Origin: Paragordius varius
Lineage: Eukaryota; Animalia; Nematomorpha
DNA: 64,000 bases
Reading direction: 5' to 3'
Assembly (NCBI GenBank): GCA_964247055.1
Contig: OZ176051.1
Span: 14,756,001 to 14,820,000 of the forward strand
Below, piece by piece: positions 26,015-39,956 of the stretch. Each line of letters opens with the position of its first letter. Within the stretch, counting starts at the first letter, position 1. The translations under genes were made by a program, and so were the position numbers. The notes beneath the pieces were generated by a model that did no database searches, was not told the origin of the DNA, and was given only the letters and a program-made list of their open reading frames with translations.

Positions 26015-26786
26015 AAAACTTTCGTTTACCTAAAAAATAATTGCTATATTTCCTTACATTTTCAATCGCACTAACAAATCATATCATTCCTTTATTATAT
26101 TACTAATAATAGAGGTGCTAGAATATGAAGGTGTCTTGATTAATTTAATCATACTTTAATGATGTATCATAAAGCAGTCGATAATCTATCTATAATCATT
26201 TTTATAATTTATTTAAGTAGGATTACTGCTCCTGTCCAATATTTAACAATACCTACATAATGTTGGTCATGATTGAAATTAAATAATTTTTTCTTCCTTT
26301 AACATTAATTTGTCATTAAATTATGGACAAATTTTGCTTTATCATAAGTTTTGTAACACCAATTGGTAAACTATAAAGTGGGGCTATGGTACTATGCCTC
26401 TTGTTTCAAAAATTTAATTATAAATTTTAAAAAATATAAAAAAAATAAAAATGCTTAACTAAACCATATATTTTTTGAAGCCCATGTTACCAATTAAAAA
26501 TAAAAATATAGTCCCATGTTACACCACAAAAATATTTGCGGATCCATAACTTTTATATTTTAATGCAAATTAATTTATTGTTTAAAATCTTGCTTCACAT
26601 AAGTCTAGGTTAGTCAACTGCCCTAATTTCCTAAATATATATTTGAATACTGGTAAGTCTACACAATTGGGTTTATTATATTATGCCCAGTGAAATTTGT
26701 TTGACATAAAATTCATATTTAGACTACCCACTTTATTGCGGGTCACTTCACATTATTTTTGATTAGCAATACAGTAGCGTATAGGT

Positions 26787-27865
26787 GAATGGCGTACCGA
26801 GCATTTGCGGCGCCCGGGGCATAAAACTCTTATGCCCCCCTCCCCCCCTCCTTTTTTAAAAGCCAATATCAATCTTCTTTCTGCCTCTTTTTAAGTAGTA
26901 AATGCTTTTCGATGATTGAGGCTATTTTCATGATGGATTAATATATCGTTTTCTCTCCATTTATTAAAACCATGCTTAGTTATAAAAGATGATGGTAGAG
27001 AATCAAATCGACCAATAAGTAGGAAACAAAAACAATACGCAGATCTGTTTTTTAGTGAATCTAAAAGAAAGCTAAGACCTCTTAACTTGAAATTTTTCTT
27101 TTTTACCGACACGTCGACAAAACCAAGATTAAGGCATTAAACGGTTATCTATAGGTATAGCACTTGAATTACTAATGGCATATTTGTAGTTTTCTCATCT
27201 CTAGTTTTTGGAAAAATAACTAGGGTCTCAAATATACTTAAGTATTATTAAGGGGTACCGTTATGTTTGTGTCACATACACTTTTTTCAATGTTATGGTC
27301 AGATATTTTCGATAAATAATATTTCATACTCATTCGCATTTTATTCTCTTTATAGATTTTTCGTTTTCTATTTGCTTAACTGCTGAGGGCATTGATATCA
27401 GATTAAAATAAAAAGTAATTATAAAAAATACAAGGCTGATAAAAACCTACATTGTTAGATATGGAAAAACTTGGAAATTTAAATAAATAAAATTGGATTT
27501 TAAATTAAATGTCGCAATTGTAAATTATGAGAATAAGAGATTAGGTTTTGACAGAGAAAGAAGTTAAACTAATTTAATAAAGACAATAAAGGAATCAACA
27601 ATATGTGCGTGATAAAGAAACGTTTATTAAGCGAAAAAATAAGTTTGCACATGTTGAAGGGAGTACCTACATGAAAGTTGGTTTTTGCATAATATTTGCT
27701 CTTGATCTCATTAATATAATTTTTATAATATTTTAGGGATTATTACGTAAACTGCTGAAAAATCTTATTTGAAAGTTGTCATTATTTTTGCATTTAAATT
27801 TAATTAGAATTTAGGCGCCCCTAAATAACGGCGCCTGGGGCAAGATGCATCTCCTTGGCCCCAGT
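26787..27865 (-). mobile_element. Non-autonomous hAT derivative carrying a TTF-type zinc-finger transposase fragment
   Basis: ORF 26891-27112 (SAYCFCFLL...FITKHGFNKW...HHENSLNHRKA) fits the TTF-type zinc finger of ZMYM1-like hAT transposases. GGCGCCC-rich subterminal motifs occur at both ends; exact boundaries are uncertain. Confidence 0.65.
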
Positions 27866-28389
27866 AGACTATAAATGGAAATTAAACATTTTTTTTATTT
27901 TACAGACAACATTAAATTGTATATTTAATGATGGACAAAATAAGCTTTATACTACACGCAACTGTATTGCCAAAGTGGGTACTGTTTGCGTTGTAATAAC
28001 TGTAAATATAGTTTTATTAACTAAACATTCTTTTAATTTTTGTTATAGGATCGATTTAACAATGCAAAATTTTGATCCCTATTACGACACCTTTTTCTGC
28101 AAAAAACCGATCTCTGTTCATGAATGCAATTATATATAACACAAGATATGTCTAAATCATTTTAAATTCTACCTCTCATAAATAAATTGTTATCCATAAA
28201 TAAGTAGTATTGTGAAGTTTAGAGGGTATGGTGAAAAATATTAATAGTCCATAAAAATAATATATGTTCGGTATTTTAATATCGTTATAGTAGTAATATG
28301 GCAAAAACTTTTTGAAAAAATTATCTCCTGCAACACGATTATTTTTTATATGCTACACGGTTTGGTTTGAGAATTTAAAAATGGAAAAC

Positions 28390-29250
28390 TGAACTTATGT
28401 GGTGAGCAAAAACGAATAGGATTAGAAGAAGGTTGGGTCAGAGGCGTAGCTTGCATTTCGGGGGGCCTGTTGAATAAAACCGTGATGGCACCCCCCCCCC
28501 CTCCATCACCCCTTGCATTTTACAAAAATAATCAAATTCAAACTGCACCCATTAATGGGTGTTATGTATTATTTAAATAACTTTTAAATACCTATTTTTT
28601 TAAATAAAATTAAAAAAAATTATAATACGGCGCCCCTTCAACTTTGGAGTTCGGTGCATCACCCCTTTCCCTTAGTTACGCCACTGGGTGGGGATCAAAT
28701 GTCAGGAGAATGCAAAAATTTAGTGCGATTTTAGCAGCAGATAGTTTTTAACGTATATTTCGAAATAGTTGGACATTTTATAAAGAGATCTTAAATGTTT
28801 TATAAGGTAAAAGAATCATTTTTATATTAAGAGTAAGATTTACAGTCTTCTTGGACACCCCATTAAAGTGTATACCTTACAGACATTGACAGTAAAAATA
28901 AAGCACTTGAGGTTACTCAAATGAGAATGCTTAGATTGATGTGCGGTATAAGAAAAAAATCAACCATTTTTTTATATTATCTATCTCATATAATAGATCT
29001 GTTACAGATAGGGATATAACCATTATATATTAAAGTATTTCTGAAAGAAGGTTCCATAAAAAATTTGAAAAGCATGTATAGATCTCATCATAATAAATTT
29101 GTTCACAGAGCGTATCAGATGGTCTTAAAACAAACCAGGGCGATTAGGATCAGCAATCGGTCCATCGCTATTTATTACAGGCTGGACGAATTTTCAAAAG
29201 AAGTGAGATTACTTTTTTTATGCATATAAATGCCTACGAAATCGAAAAAA
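28390..29250 (+). mobile_element. Decayed RTE LINE fragments, interrupted by a MITE
   Basis: ALEVTQMRMLRLMCGIRKK (~28905-28945) matches FNVTEMKILRMMCGVTRKD of the 20.9-kb LINE. An RT-like GLKQ...PSLFI remnant lies at ~29120-29180. Confidence 0.6.
28439..28686. mobile_element. hAT-type MITE
   Basis: TIRs CAGAGGCGTAGC / GTTACGCCACTG. Flanks GGTTGGGT / GGTGGGGA are consistent with a decayed 8-bp TSD. Confidence 0.85.
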
Positions 29251-30279
29251 TGGCAAGGATTGTTATGTTACAACTGTATTGTTTAAAATTAATAATAGAA
29301 AAGGTAATTTATAAATTTTGGTAGGAAAACAAGAATTAATTCATGCAAACACAATATTTAGGGTTACGCATATGATGTACAGTACTTTGATTTAGCCAAC
29401 AATGAACTTATAACTCTTAAATATAAGCAATAAAACAAAAATCATATCGTATTCACAGAAATGAGAAGTAGATCAGGGGATTCCAACAATATCGCCCGAA
29501 AAACAATTGATTTAATTAAATAAATAGAAAGAATTTAATTTTAAATCAACAAATTGAATCATGATGTTATTAATTATTGTTTTTGTATATTAATATAGAT
29601 ATAATATATATATTTATCTATGAACACCATCAATGATCAGTTAAGTATTATTTCAAAGTCGTATATTTTTACACATATTTGCCTTATATTGTAAATAGCT
29701 ATGATTTTTTAAAGTAAAAATTATGAATTTATATTTTACGGTAAAAATTAATTTTTACGGACAAACAAAGGAAATATATGTTTACCGTAAGGGTTACTGG
29801 TTAACATCGCAGGTAAAAAAATTTAAATTTACTAAATACTTTTACCCCACCCCACCAGGGTAACCGAGAGAATGGTGATTTCGAAACTTATTTTTTAACA
29901 TATAAATATACCTTAAATTAGTTTTTAGATAAAATATACAGTTTTTATATTAATCCGCTGAAATAGTTTCAAAAGCCTTATTTGTTTAGTCGGTTTTTTA
30001 TGATCAAATATACTAACTGTGGGGAAATAATTTTTACCTATTTGTATCTAATTATCCTGAATGATTCATTAATAGTTTCTGTGCGAAAAAAAACAAAAAC
30101 TGGAATTATAGAGACAATATTAGAAACTAATCGATTATTTTTTTAAAATGGCAGCCATACTTTTATAAATTCATTGTTATAGATTTTAAAATAATAAGAC
30201 ACAAATCGTTCACAGACTTAATTATACAATAAAAAATTGAAATCATACGAAAACGTAGAAACTAAAGAGCAATTAATTA

Positions 30280-32552
30280 CACCCATTATTTTTGCATCTT
30301 CTGATACCTAATGGCATGGATAGGCCAAAACAAAAAAGAAAATTGAGGCCACCAATAAGATTTTTCCAAAATTTAATTTTTAATTTTGTATTTAATTCAA
30401 AAATAACAATCATTCCTCGTGCACATATTTTTAAATATTCAAACAAGCAAGTCGATACAAGTAATATTCCATGCATGGATAACAAAGGCATTAAATAAGA
30501 TACTAAACAAGCTAAGAGCCAAAGTATTAAAAATCTAAAAGGGCTTGCTTAGTATAGTGTGATAGATCCGGGCGGCTGCACAAGCTCTGCATATCCCCCA
30601 AGCGATCCTATAATAATGCCAGATGTGGCAAAGATCAATAAGTAATCGTAAAGTCCAATAAGAGAGACTTGCAAGCAAAATCCAGGCAAATTGACATGTC
30701 AAATTAACCAATTTACAGAGTAAAGTTAGATAAATTCTACAATTAAATTGAATATAAATTAGGTAAATAAAAATGGTCCAATCCCATAATAGTAAATTCT
30801 ACTAAAAGTGGCTACACAACATCCATCTGAAATTCAAAATACAAAACAACCAATAATTTTAAAAAAAACAAGGTATATCCACTACGTATAAATAAAGGCT
30901 TTTTTATAAGAAACAACTCAAAAGAAAAATAATAAGTACTCGAAAGAACGAAATCTAACAAAAAAATATAGCCTATCTGAAACAAAGGTTTAAACCATAG
31001 AATGCCTTTTTTTAGTATTTTTTAAAAAAAATTTATATGTGTTAAAAACTCACTTGAAAAAAAAGACTAAATTTTGACGTTTAAGTCCGTACTATTTTTT
31101 TCTCTCTGATATTTAAATGACATATTTATATTCAAAAGATAGAGTTTAAAACGCTTTATTAAATGATATTAAGTTTATAATATAATAACATTTATAAAGT
31201 TATAGTTAATCTCTCGATTTTCATTTGTTTTTGAAAAATTGAAAAACCTATAAAATTTCGAAATTCTGATTGGCGGAATTAAATTTTTTCAAATTCGGTT
31301 TTATAACACTGAAATTACTCATAATTTAAAAAGTTTGAGTGGTGGTGCTCAAAAATGTCCAAATTTGTCGACTAGTGTTATACATAGTTTGTATTTCTAC
31401 CCTACCATCACATTAAGAAGTTGTACTACTTTCCTAAAAATATAAACACTACTCACCATGTATAATAGCACAGCTCAACAAGGTATTGCACCACCCCATT
31501 ATTTGTGCATTTTCCGATAATGGCATGGAAAGGCCAAAAGAAAAAGAAAATTGAGGCCACCAATAGGATTTTTCCGAAATTTAATTTTCAAATTTGTATT
31601 TAATTTAAAAATAACAATCATTCCTCATGACGAACAAGTCGATACAAGTAATATTCCATGCAGGAATAACAAAATTCTAGGCATTAAATAAGATACTAAA
31701 CAAGCTAAGAGCCAAAGTATTAAAAATCTAAAAGGGGCTTATGTATAGTGTGATAGATCCGGGCGGCTGCACAAGCTCTGCATATCCCCCAAGCGATCCA
31801 ATTATGCCAGATATGGCAAAGATAACAATAAGTAATCGTAAAGCCCGATAAGAGAGACTTGCAAGCAAAATCCAGGCAAATTGACATTTCAAATTAACCA
31901 ATTCACAAAATAAAGTTAGATAATTCCTACAATTAAATTGAATAAAAAGATTAGGTAAATAAAATGGTCCAATCCCATAATAGTAAATTCTACTAAAAGT
32001 GGCTACACAACATCCATCTGAAAAAAATACAAAACAACCATAAAAAAATAAAGTATATCCACTAGGTATAAATAAAGGATTTTTTGTAAGAACCAACTCA
32101 AGAAAAAAAAGCCTAATAAGCACTCAAAAGAACGAAAACTAACAAAAAATATAGCCTATCTAAAAGCCGAAGGCTAAAACCATAGGCTTTTTTTAGTATT
32201 TTTTTAAAATTTTTTTATACGTAATAAAAATTCACTTGAAAGAAAAAGATCAAATTTTTTAAGTCCGTACTATTTTTTGTCTCTGATATTTAAATGACAT
32301 ATTTATATTCAAAAGATAGAGTTTAAAACGCTTTATTATATGATATTAAGTTTATAATATAATAACATTTTATTATAAAGTTATATTTAATTTTCTCTCG
32401 ATTTTCTCTTGTTTTTAAAAATTGAAAAACCTATTCGAAATTTGATTGGCGGGATCAAAAATATTTTCACCTTCGGTTTTAAAACACTGAAATTAGTCAT
32501 AATTTAAAAGTTTGAGTGTGGTGCTCAAAAATGTCCAAATTTGTCGACTAGT
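30280..32552 (-). repeat. Tandem duplication of a ~1.1-kb unit: hydrophobic coding-like segment plus a Tc1-like element end
   Basis: Copy A ~30280-31378 and copy B ~31500-32552 share e.g. GATAGATCCGGGCGGCTGCACAAGCTCTGCATATCCCCCAAGCGATCC. Both end in AAATTTGTCGACTAGTG, followed by TA in copy B. Confidence 0.85.
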
Positions 32553-32799
32553 GTAGTATAAACGTTCCTGCTGTGGAATCCGTCACACATTATGAACACA
32601 GGTAAAAACTGTTCGTTAAAATTTTGTATAGATATACTGAGTATTCCCAATATATTTGGTTAAGTGCAAACAGAGAACAAATCCCAGAGGCGCCGATTGC
32701 GCTAAAATCCAATTATCATATCTCCTTTATATCCATTAGCCACGATGGGGTTAACGCCATTATATTATATATGTAACATTGTTTGTAGATTATTTTCTT

Positions 32800-33010
32800 A
32801 GCTTACGATGGCAATTAGTAGTAATTGTACTTTCTATCAAGCAATTGGTGGCTTTATGAGACGAACATTATGTGTGACTGATGGGTTAATAACAAGGAGG
32901 AAACGCATCTCAAACTATGACACGTGGGAAACACTCTCCTCTTAAAAATTATTTCATACACCAATTGCTTGATAGGAAGTACTATCACTACCAATTGCAA
33001 TGGTATAAGA
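32800..33010. repeat. Imperfect ~50-bp inverted repeat around a ~105-bp spacer (MITE-like hairpin)
   Basis: GTACTTTCTATCAAGCAATTGGTG (~32827-32850) pairs with CACCAATTGCTTGATAGGAAGTAC (~32959-32982), extending outward with mismatches. Confidence 0.8.
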
Positions 33011-33929
33011 GATTCTCCAAATTAAACTTCATATTTATTATTAAGATGGCGTTTTCTCCTTATTGATTTCATTAAAAGGGGACGTGTTTTTCTTTAAAAG
33101 ACAACCATACTTTATAAAAGCATAATTCCCACTACAATTTATAATTGGATGTACCAATTCCATTACTTGTCTCGTTTAAACATAAGGAATTATATTAATA
33201 ATGATAAATTGAAAAATATATTTTTTTTTAAAAAAAGGTCATTTGATCGTAATTATATAGTTTTGGGTATGATCCATACTATTGTAATGTTAATTTTTAC
33301 TGTATCAAAATACCATGTGACGGCATAGTACCTATAAATATCAGCTTTTGTTCAAATAGTAAAATATGGCTTTTTGATTGGAATCAGTTACGTTGTACCA
33401 CGATATATGTTTTAAAATGAATACAACGACTAATTTAGACATAACATAAGACTGTTAAAAATTGCAAATACAATATAATACTTAATCTTACCAATTTTTA
33501 CTAATTAATTACAATACTTATAACAAAATACTAGATCTTATAAGCATTTGTTTTATCAGTATTTTCACAAACTTTTTGCTTAGGACATATTTCAAAGGGC
33601 CGCCGTACAGCCCGCAGGCCTGCATTAGACCCTGTTCTAAAAAGTATAAGTGTATGTAATCAAAATGTCTTTTAATTATATCCATTAAAATTATTGATAT
33701 ATATGTGAATAAATGGCAAACAATCTTTTTTAGTAGAAATTATGAATCAAATTTTACAGAAAAAATATTTACATAGATTTCCGCTACACTCGCTTATAAA
33801 CTTCTGCTTGTATCATTTTTTGCACGGGTTAATATTGAATAGTTTATATTAGACTGACAATATTTATTCAAAGTGAATTACGCATTGTATAATCATAAGA
33901 CACATCCTGCAGGTAAATTTTGGAATTTT

Positions 33930-35423
33930 ATTCATTGAACAGCAAAAACCAAATTAATCCCCAGAGAGGAGAAAGTATCAAATACACAAAGAAGTTAACA
34001 AGAATATTTACAAAATCTTTACAGCAACACCGTATAATTGAGAAAAATATTGATACATATATTTTATTTTTTAAGAGTGAAAACGAAGATAAACCAAATC
34101 TCACAAGTTATTTTTACAGACCAAGTTAAACAATGTTTTAAATTTGTTTTGTTTCCAACTATAGTATGATAAACTAATAATAAATATTTTCGTCACACCT
34201 CTATAAATAAATATACCGTTTAAGTCAAATATCAATGTTCTATTCCTGTCTTTTGAAAGTTTCCAGCCTGTTATGCTATTAATTCCTGCACGGAAGGCTC
34301 AGAAGTAATGTAATGCTGGTAAAACTGAAATTATTGAAATGTTTAATAAACTAATACGATTGTAATCCAAAATTATTCTTTCAATTGATTAATTATATGC
34401 AGCGCGTGTAAAATCAACGGATGTAATATCACTATCATGTATTTCAAGGGATTTTAAATGCGCCAATTTCTCAAATGGTTGCAAGTCTGTCAACCCCAAA
34501 ACATATCCTAAAATCAATTTTTTAAAATTATTATTTTTAAAAAAATTCGAGAGTGACCCTACAATACCTGAGGGTCAAAGATGTTAGAGTTTTAGGGAAA
34601 GATTGTGCGGAATTAATAAAGGTTGTATTTGAAAGCGGTCTGCCTATTATGGTTAAGGAGCAAATGATTGGGAATTTTTCCAATATGTCAGATAAATCAT
34701 AATGATCTTCCAACACGTGCAAAAGCACTTCTTTCGCGTTTAAATTTTTTGCAGCAAAAGTTTTTGTGTAAGATTTCATCTCAAGACTTTCCAATGAAGG
34801 CAAATTAGCTTGCATGGCACTATCATATGTAGCGTTTATAATTAATCCCTCTATGATTGAGTGATTAATATGACCTACCAAACGCACTTGTTTAATATTT
34901 AAAATTAACTCTTGCAACTTTGGAAAGAGTTGAAAGATGGTCTAATTAAATACTTTTTCGAAACCATTTATATAAATATATATCGATTTAACCATTGTAT
35001 GTGTCGACAATATCCTTAACAATTCATATGTATGTTCAATATTTGCATCATCATCCAAAACTAGGAGTTAGATTAAAAAGGTTGATTTATAGATACAATA
35101 TTCTAACTTGAATTGGCTTCGGATTTAAGCACTCTCATCATATCACTGATTGATAATATATCCGAACAATTATAATCCTTTGTCTCGACTATATTTTAGC
35201 ATTGAAAATCGTAAGTAATTTTACATTCGTTGATGCCATCATTATTATCCAGTAGCCTAATTAACTTTAAAATATGGTTTTTATTGGCAAAATCATAGAT
35301 TGAACCATTTCCGTAATCACAAGTACCGATAAAATTGTTAATCTTACTGAAAACTTCCTTCATATCCGATTCGCATTTCAACGTATTCCCAATAACTATG
35401 ATAAGTTTTAATAAAAAATACAA
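33930..35423 (-). pseudogene. Apparently intronless leucine-rich-repeat protein pseudogene (signal peptide, LRRs, possible TM tail)
   Basis: Starts MYFLLKLIIVIGNTLKC. LRR-type segments: FPKLQELILN, LPSLESLEM, LTSLTLRYC, LAHLKSLEIHDSDI, IERIILDYNRI. Several in-frame stops and frameshifts. The 3' extent below ~34200 is tentative. Confidence 0.7.
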
Positions 35424-35599
35424 TGATTAAAACGAGTTATTCCAATAGGAATTAACGTAAATATTTTATAAAATATTTTGAAGTTAATAATTTTTAAATT
35501 CAAACTTTCAAAAACGTGTTAAATATTGTTAATATTTTTTACCTTCCATATCGGATCGGCTTATACATACTCATAATGGGTTATATCTAACTTCAAATT

Positions 35600-35638
<39 letters not shown>

Positions 35639-37929
35639 AGTATCACCAAATAGACTCTTTTCGCAGTACAGTACTGGGTTTCGATTTACTAAATTATATT
35701 TTTTATATAAACATATATTAATTATCCTTTTTTCATGTCTACAAAAAGATATTGTAGAATTCCTATTATCCTTCATTCGTAAAATATAAATGGTTCGTTT
35801 TGCGGTAAAACTAGGATTGGCATATTTGTAGGTTTTTAATAATTTATTTTCTGCTCGAATTACAATGGAATAGGGTTTTGGATAGGTCAAACCGCTTTAA
35901 ATGCAGCCTTTAGCGAAGAGGCCTCAAAATTTAAATTATAACAAAATAATGTATGATATTTATCAAAGATTCAAGTTTTATTTTTGTTTCCTCAACTTTT
36001 AATTAATTTTAATTTTGTTTACTTCCTAATAATCCAACAAAAAATTATCCATAAAATATTATTTTCGAAATTCATTGTATATCACTGCGTCTAAAATCAA
36101 GGGATTTAACAAATATCCTGATAGAAATATATTTATTTTGAAAGGAAAATGCATACCATGATCTTTTGATTCTGCTTATGAATGATATAAGTAGGTTATA
36201 TTCACCTTTTTAAGTAACTACTCCATATGAGAAATCAGATTTTTTTGATAAATAAATGCTCCCTCCAAAATATACTAAAATATATTATAAAAAGACACAT
36301 TTGCAAATATTATTTTATAGATGCGGGCTGCGAAGGTCCAATTTTTCGCTCTTATGGGTTAACTCTCTTAAAAAACGTAAAAATGCTAAGAACGCAATAA
36401 AAATATCAAATCTATGCTAGATTTTAACATCAAAAAAAGTTTTCCCGAAAAATGGGTATTTTGCGTTAAAATTTAAATCATAGCAAAAAATTTTTACGTA
36501 TTACATACTATTTTGATATTGGTGGAAGCGGTATGAAAAGCTTATAAGATATTATAAAATTTTTCTATAAAATCCAAAGATGCCAGCCGTTTCCACTTCA
36601 GTTATTAAGTTTAGAATTTCGTTTACTTTGAAATTTAAAAAACAAAGTATTTACAATTTAAAAACGAACGAATATATAAATCGAAATTCTGAGGCGATAA
36701 TATTAAAATCATTGAATTATATAAAAAATGAAAGCGTTTTAATATGTTTCCATCATGTTTTAAACCACAGTAAAACTTCACCATATTTCTTTATAAATTA
36801 AATTTTTAAATACAAAAATTAATATTATAGAGACAAAACGTAAAAATATGAAGAATATTTCTATCTAGATGACCATAACATAAACCTTAATTTTACCTAC
36901 TATTAGTTGCAATTAAAAAATATAGATTGGTTGTGTTATATATATATATATATATATATTATTTTGCAATAAACAATGAGTATGATTTTACAGAATCAGT
37001 ATATAAAAATCATTGTATTTAGAAAATATTTTTTTATATTTTTACGTAAAGGCGATAGAATTAACACTCTTTTACGTTTTATATTAGGGGGGGTAAAGAT
37101 ATTGCTCAATTTTTTACTTTCCTAAGCGTAATTCGTATCCAATTTTTTATTTACTTTTTCTGCATAAACAAAGATTAGTGTTATTTAAATTCTGGCTTCT
37201 TTTTTATAGTAGTCACGTTATTATAAATTTAATTCATCTCAAAAACAGTAAACTTGTACTGGTTCAAAGTTTAAAGATCTGGTAACATTTATTACAGTAA
37301 AAGTGGATATTATAGGACAAATATTTTTACCATATCACCATAATTTTAATATAACCTATTCTTGGGCGCAAAAAACAAGATGTAAATTGGATTAATTATA
37401 TTTTTTTAAAGAGATTTAAGTATGTGGATAATAAGCCAAGCCTTTTTTGGTGTTCTTATAAGAAAGTGGTTTATTATATTTAATATTTTTGATTTTTTCG
37501 ATTAAATTATATATATTTTAAATAACTAGATAATGAATACTATAATGATGTGTGTAATCAATTGGTTGCTCTAACCCTCAATGATAATAAATATGAGTTT
37601 AAAATTTCTCGCACACCTTTTAAATTGGATAATATTAATGCTACTGTAATAGAGGAATGTGAGAAACGGCACAATATTTTTTATCCTGGAATGATTCAAT
37701 AATAATAAAAAATTTTTAACATATTTTAATGGTTGTTAATTGGGTGTTGGGAATATAAAATATTTTAAGTGGGGGTGTTTGAAAAAATAAATATTTGCAT
37801 TCTATATTATTGCCCCTAAGAGACTATCTAAAATCGTTGTTAGATCTTGTTACATATATAATACATTTGCTCAAAATGTAAAAACTAAAATATAGTCAGT
37901 AATTTTTTGTGTAGACTAATGGATTTATT

Positions 37930-38350
37930 CCTTGAGGTCATCCGCCAAACAATAGATTTACTAAATTCTCTTTTGCTTTGTTCTCCTACACTACCCGAGT
38001 ATTGGTTGTTATATTACACACATCAGTTGGTTTATCGTTGGACCACAATCATTCTCCTCTCCACCCCTCGAAACGCCAGTGGGCCGTAATTGATCTGAGA
38101 AGGCATCGATTTCCATCTTTTACCTTGTACGGCACCGCTATTCTCTCCAAATTGAATCTTTTCTCCACCCCGTATTTATTTCTTCGGAATTATTTTTTCG
38201 GATGAAAATTACTTGCAAAAGCCGCCTAAATCAGATTCATGGACTATAATATTATTAGGACTTAATGGTATCATAGATTATACACCGAATATCGAAGCAC
38301 CATATGCGACGAAGAAGTCAAAACACACCCAATAAAATGCAAGTTATGGG
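37930..38350 (-). other. GC-richer decayed coding-like island, possibly a retroelement remnant
   Basis: GC is locally elevated and all frames are broken. Only weak motifs (e.g. IDAFS) are present, so the identity is not established. Confidence 0.25.
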
Positions 38351-39956
38351 CTCACAAAAAACAAACGTTAGAAAAGTCAACTCTCTCTTGCAATTAGGAG
38401 TATCTAACAATTTTAAATGGCTAACGTCCTCACCAAAATGATAAATGCGTTTGACATGGTTACAACTAAAACAAAAATTTCTCATTCATAATTAATTTAA
38501 ATGGGTCACATGAAGCTGCCCACGCCTTACACTAGGAAAACCCGCAAAGGTCTCCCGAATTATATCTGGAAGAAAACAATACATTGGGACATGAGAAAAT
38601 TTCTAGATAACTAAATAGATGTGTGGAAAACTTAAAACATTATTGTATATATATTTTATGACTTTTTGGGGTGATTTTATATACCCTATCGATTTGAAAT
38701 TTGAGTATTATTATAAGTATTTAGGGTATTAGGTCAAATTCAAAAAATTGCTTTTTTTTTAACCTTTTAGTCGCACATTACATAATTTTCAATAAAATGT
38801 ATTTATACACTGTGTACAAAATCGGGAATAATAAATATCTTGATGATATATTACACTTTTCTGGCAAGTGCTCCATATCAGATGATGGCAAAGTTTGCCC
38901 ACATTTTTGTAAAATAAAATTTTTTGGATGAAAGATAAATGGCTTATTCTAAAAATTATCATATAATTTATCATAAACTACATTTAAAAGGAAAATTCTA
39001 AACTAAATTTTTTGAGTGGGCTCCGAAAGTCCCATTCTAAAATGACCTAGTTTTCTTCAAACGCAAAAATGCAGAGCTCGCGCTAGATAAAATTTTGAAT
39101 ATATGCTAAATTTTGATAAAAATATTAAAAAATGACTTTATTCCAAAATATAGTTTTGCATGGCAATATTATAAACATTTACTAATGCATATATTTAATT
39201 TCGAATATTAAAAGTAAATTAGATTGCATGTAGCAATCTAAATAAATTTAATCAAAAAGCTAAGTTTATGTAGTAATATAAATTACATCTGCTGTTTCCT
39301 CTATAGTTTTGTACATGATAAATATCAATGAGTCTAATATCTTACCAGTGGTTGAAAATTTATAACCTTTTATCTATGTTGCCAAATAAATCTACACGTT
39401 TTTTGAAAAATTGTTATCCACATACATAATGAATTTTTCTATCCGTTTGTGCATTTTAAAAAATTAAAATTTTCAAATTAAATTAAGTTTGATAAGTGTA
39501 GACGCAATAGGGTATTTAGTAAAATGACTATTTTTACAGATGGGAATATTTTACCCATGTTATATCAACATAGGTGAGACTTTTTGCGTCTAACAATAAA
39601 TATATATAAATCAAAATACTAATGTTTTATCTAAAATAGCTAATGGTAAATTTAAAGTATTTTTTAATTGGTATTGTGTATTTTCAAAAACATATGTTTG
39701 GCATTTATAATGTTATTCCATTGATTATACTAAGGTTAGTTCTCCAAAGACTTTGACAAAAAGTGATGAATACATTTATTAATCTACATTACCTAAATTT
39801 GAGTTAATAAAAAACTTGTTTTTAAAAATCAAGTAGATATGTTAAAGTTAGCTACAGGTTTTTTATAAGTCATTTATTAAAATTGGCTATCATATGATTT
39901 ATTTATATATAGAACGCTAGAGGCCATATTTGTGTTGCCATTATTTTATTAGTGAC

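Noticed and set aside
31350-31378. Helitron 3' end (CTAG|T)
   Set aside because: No convincing GC-rich hairpin upstream; CTAGTG|TA fits a Tc1-like TIR end better.
31740-31790. ARIYHTI, resembling microsomal glutathione S-transferase 1
   Set aside because: The upstream NDLEN..PF motif is absent in that frame; a 7-residue match is likely chance.
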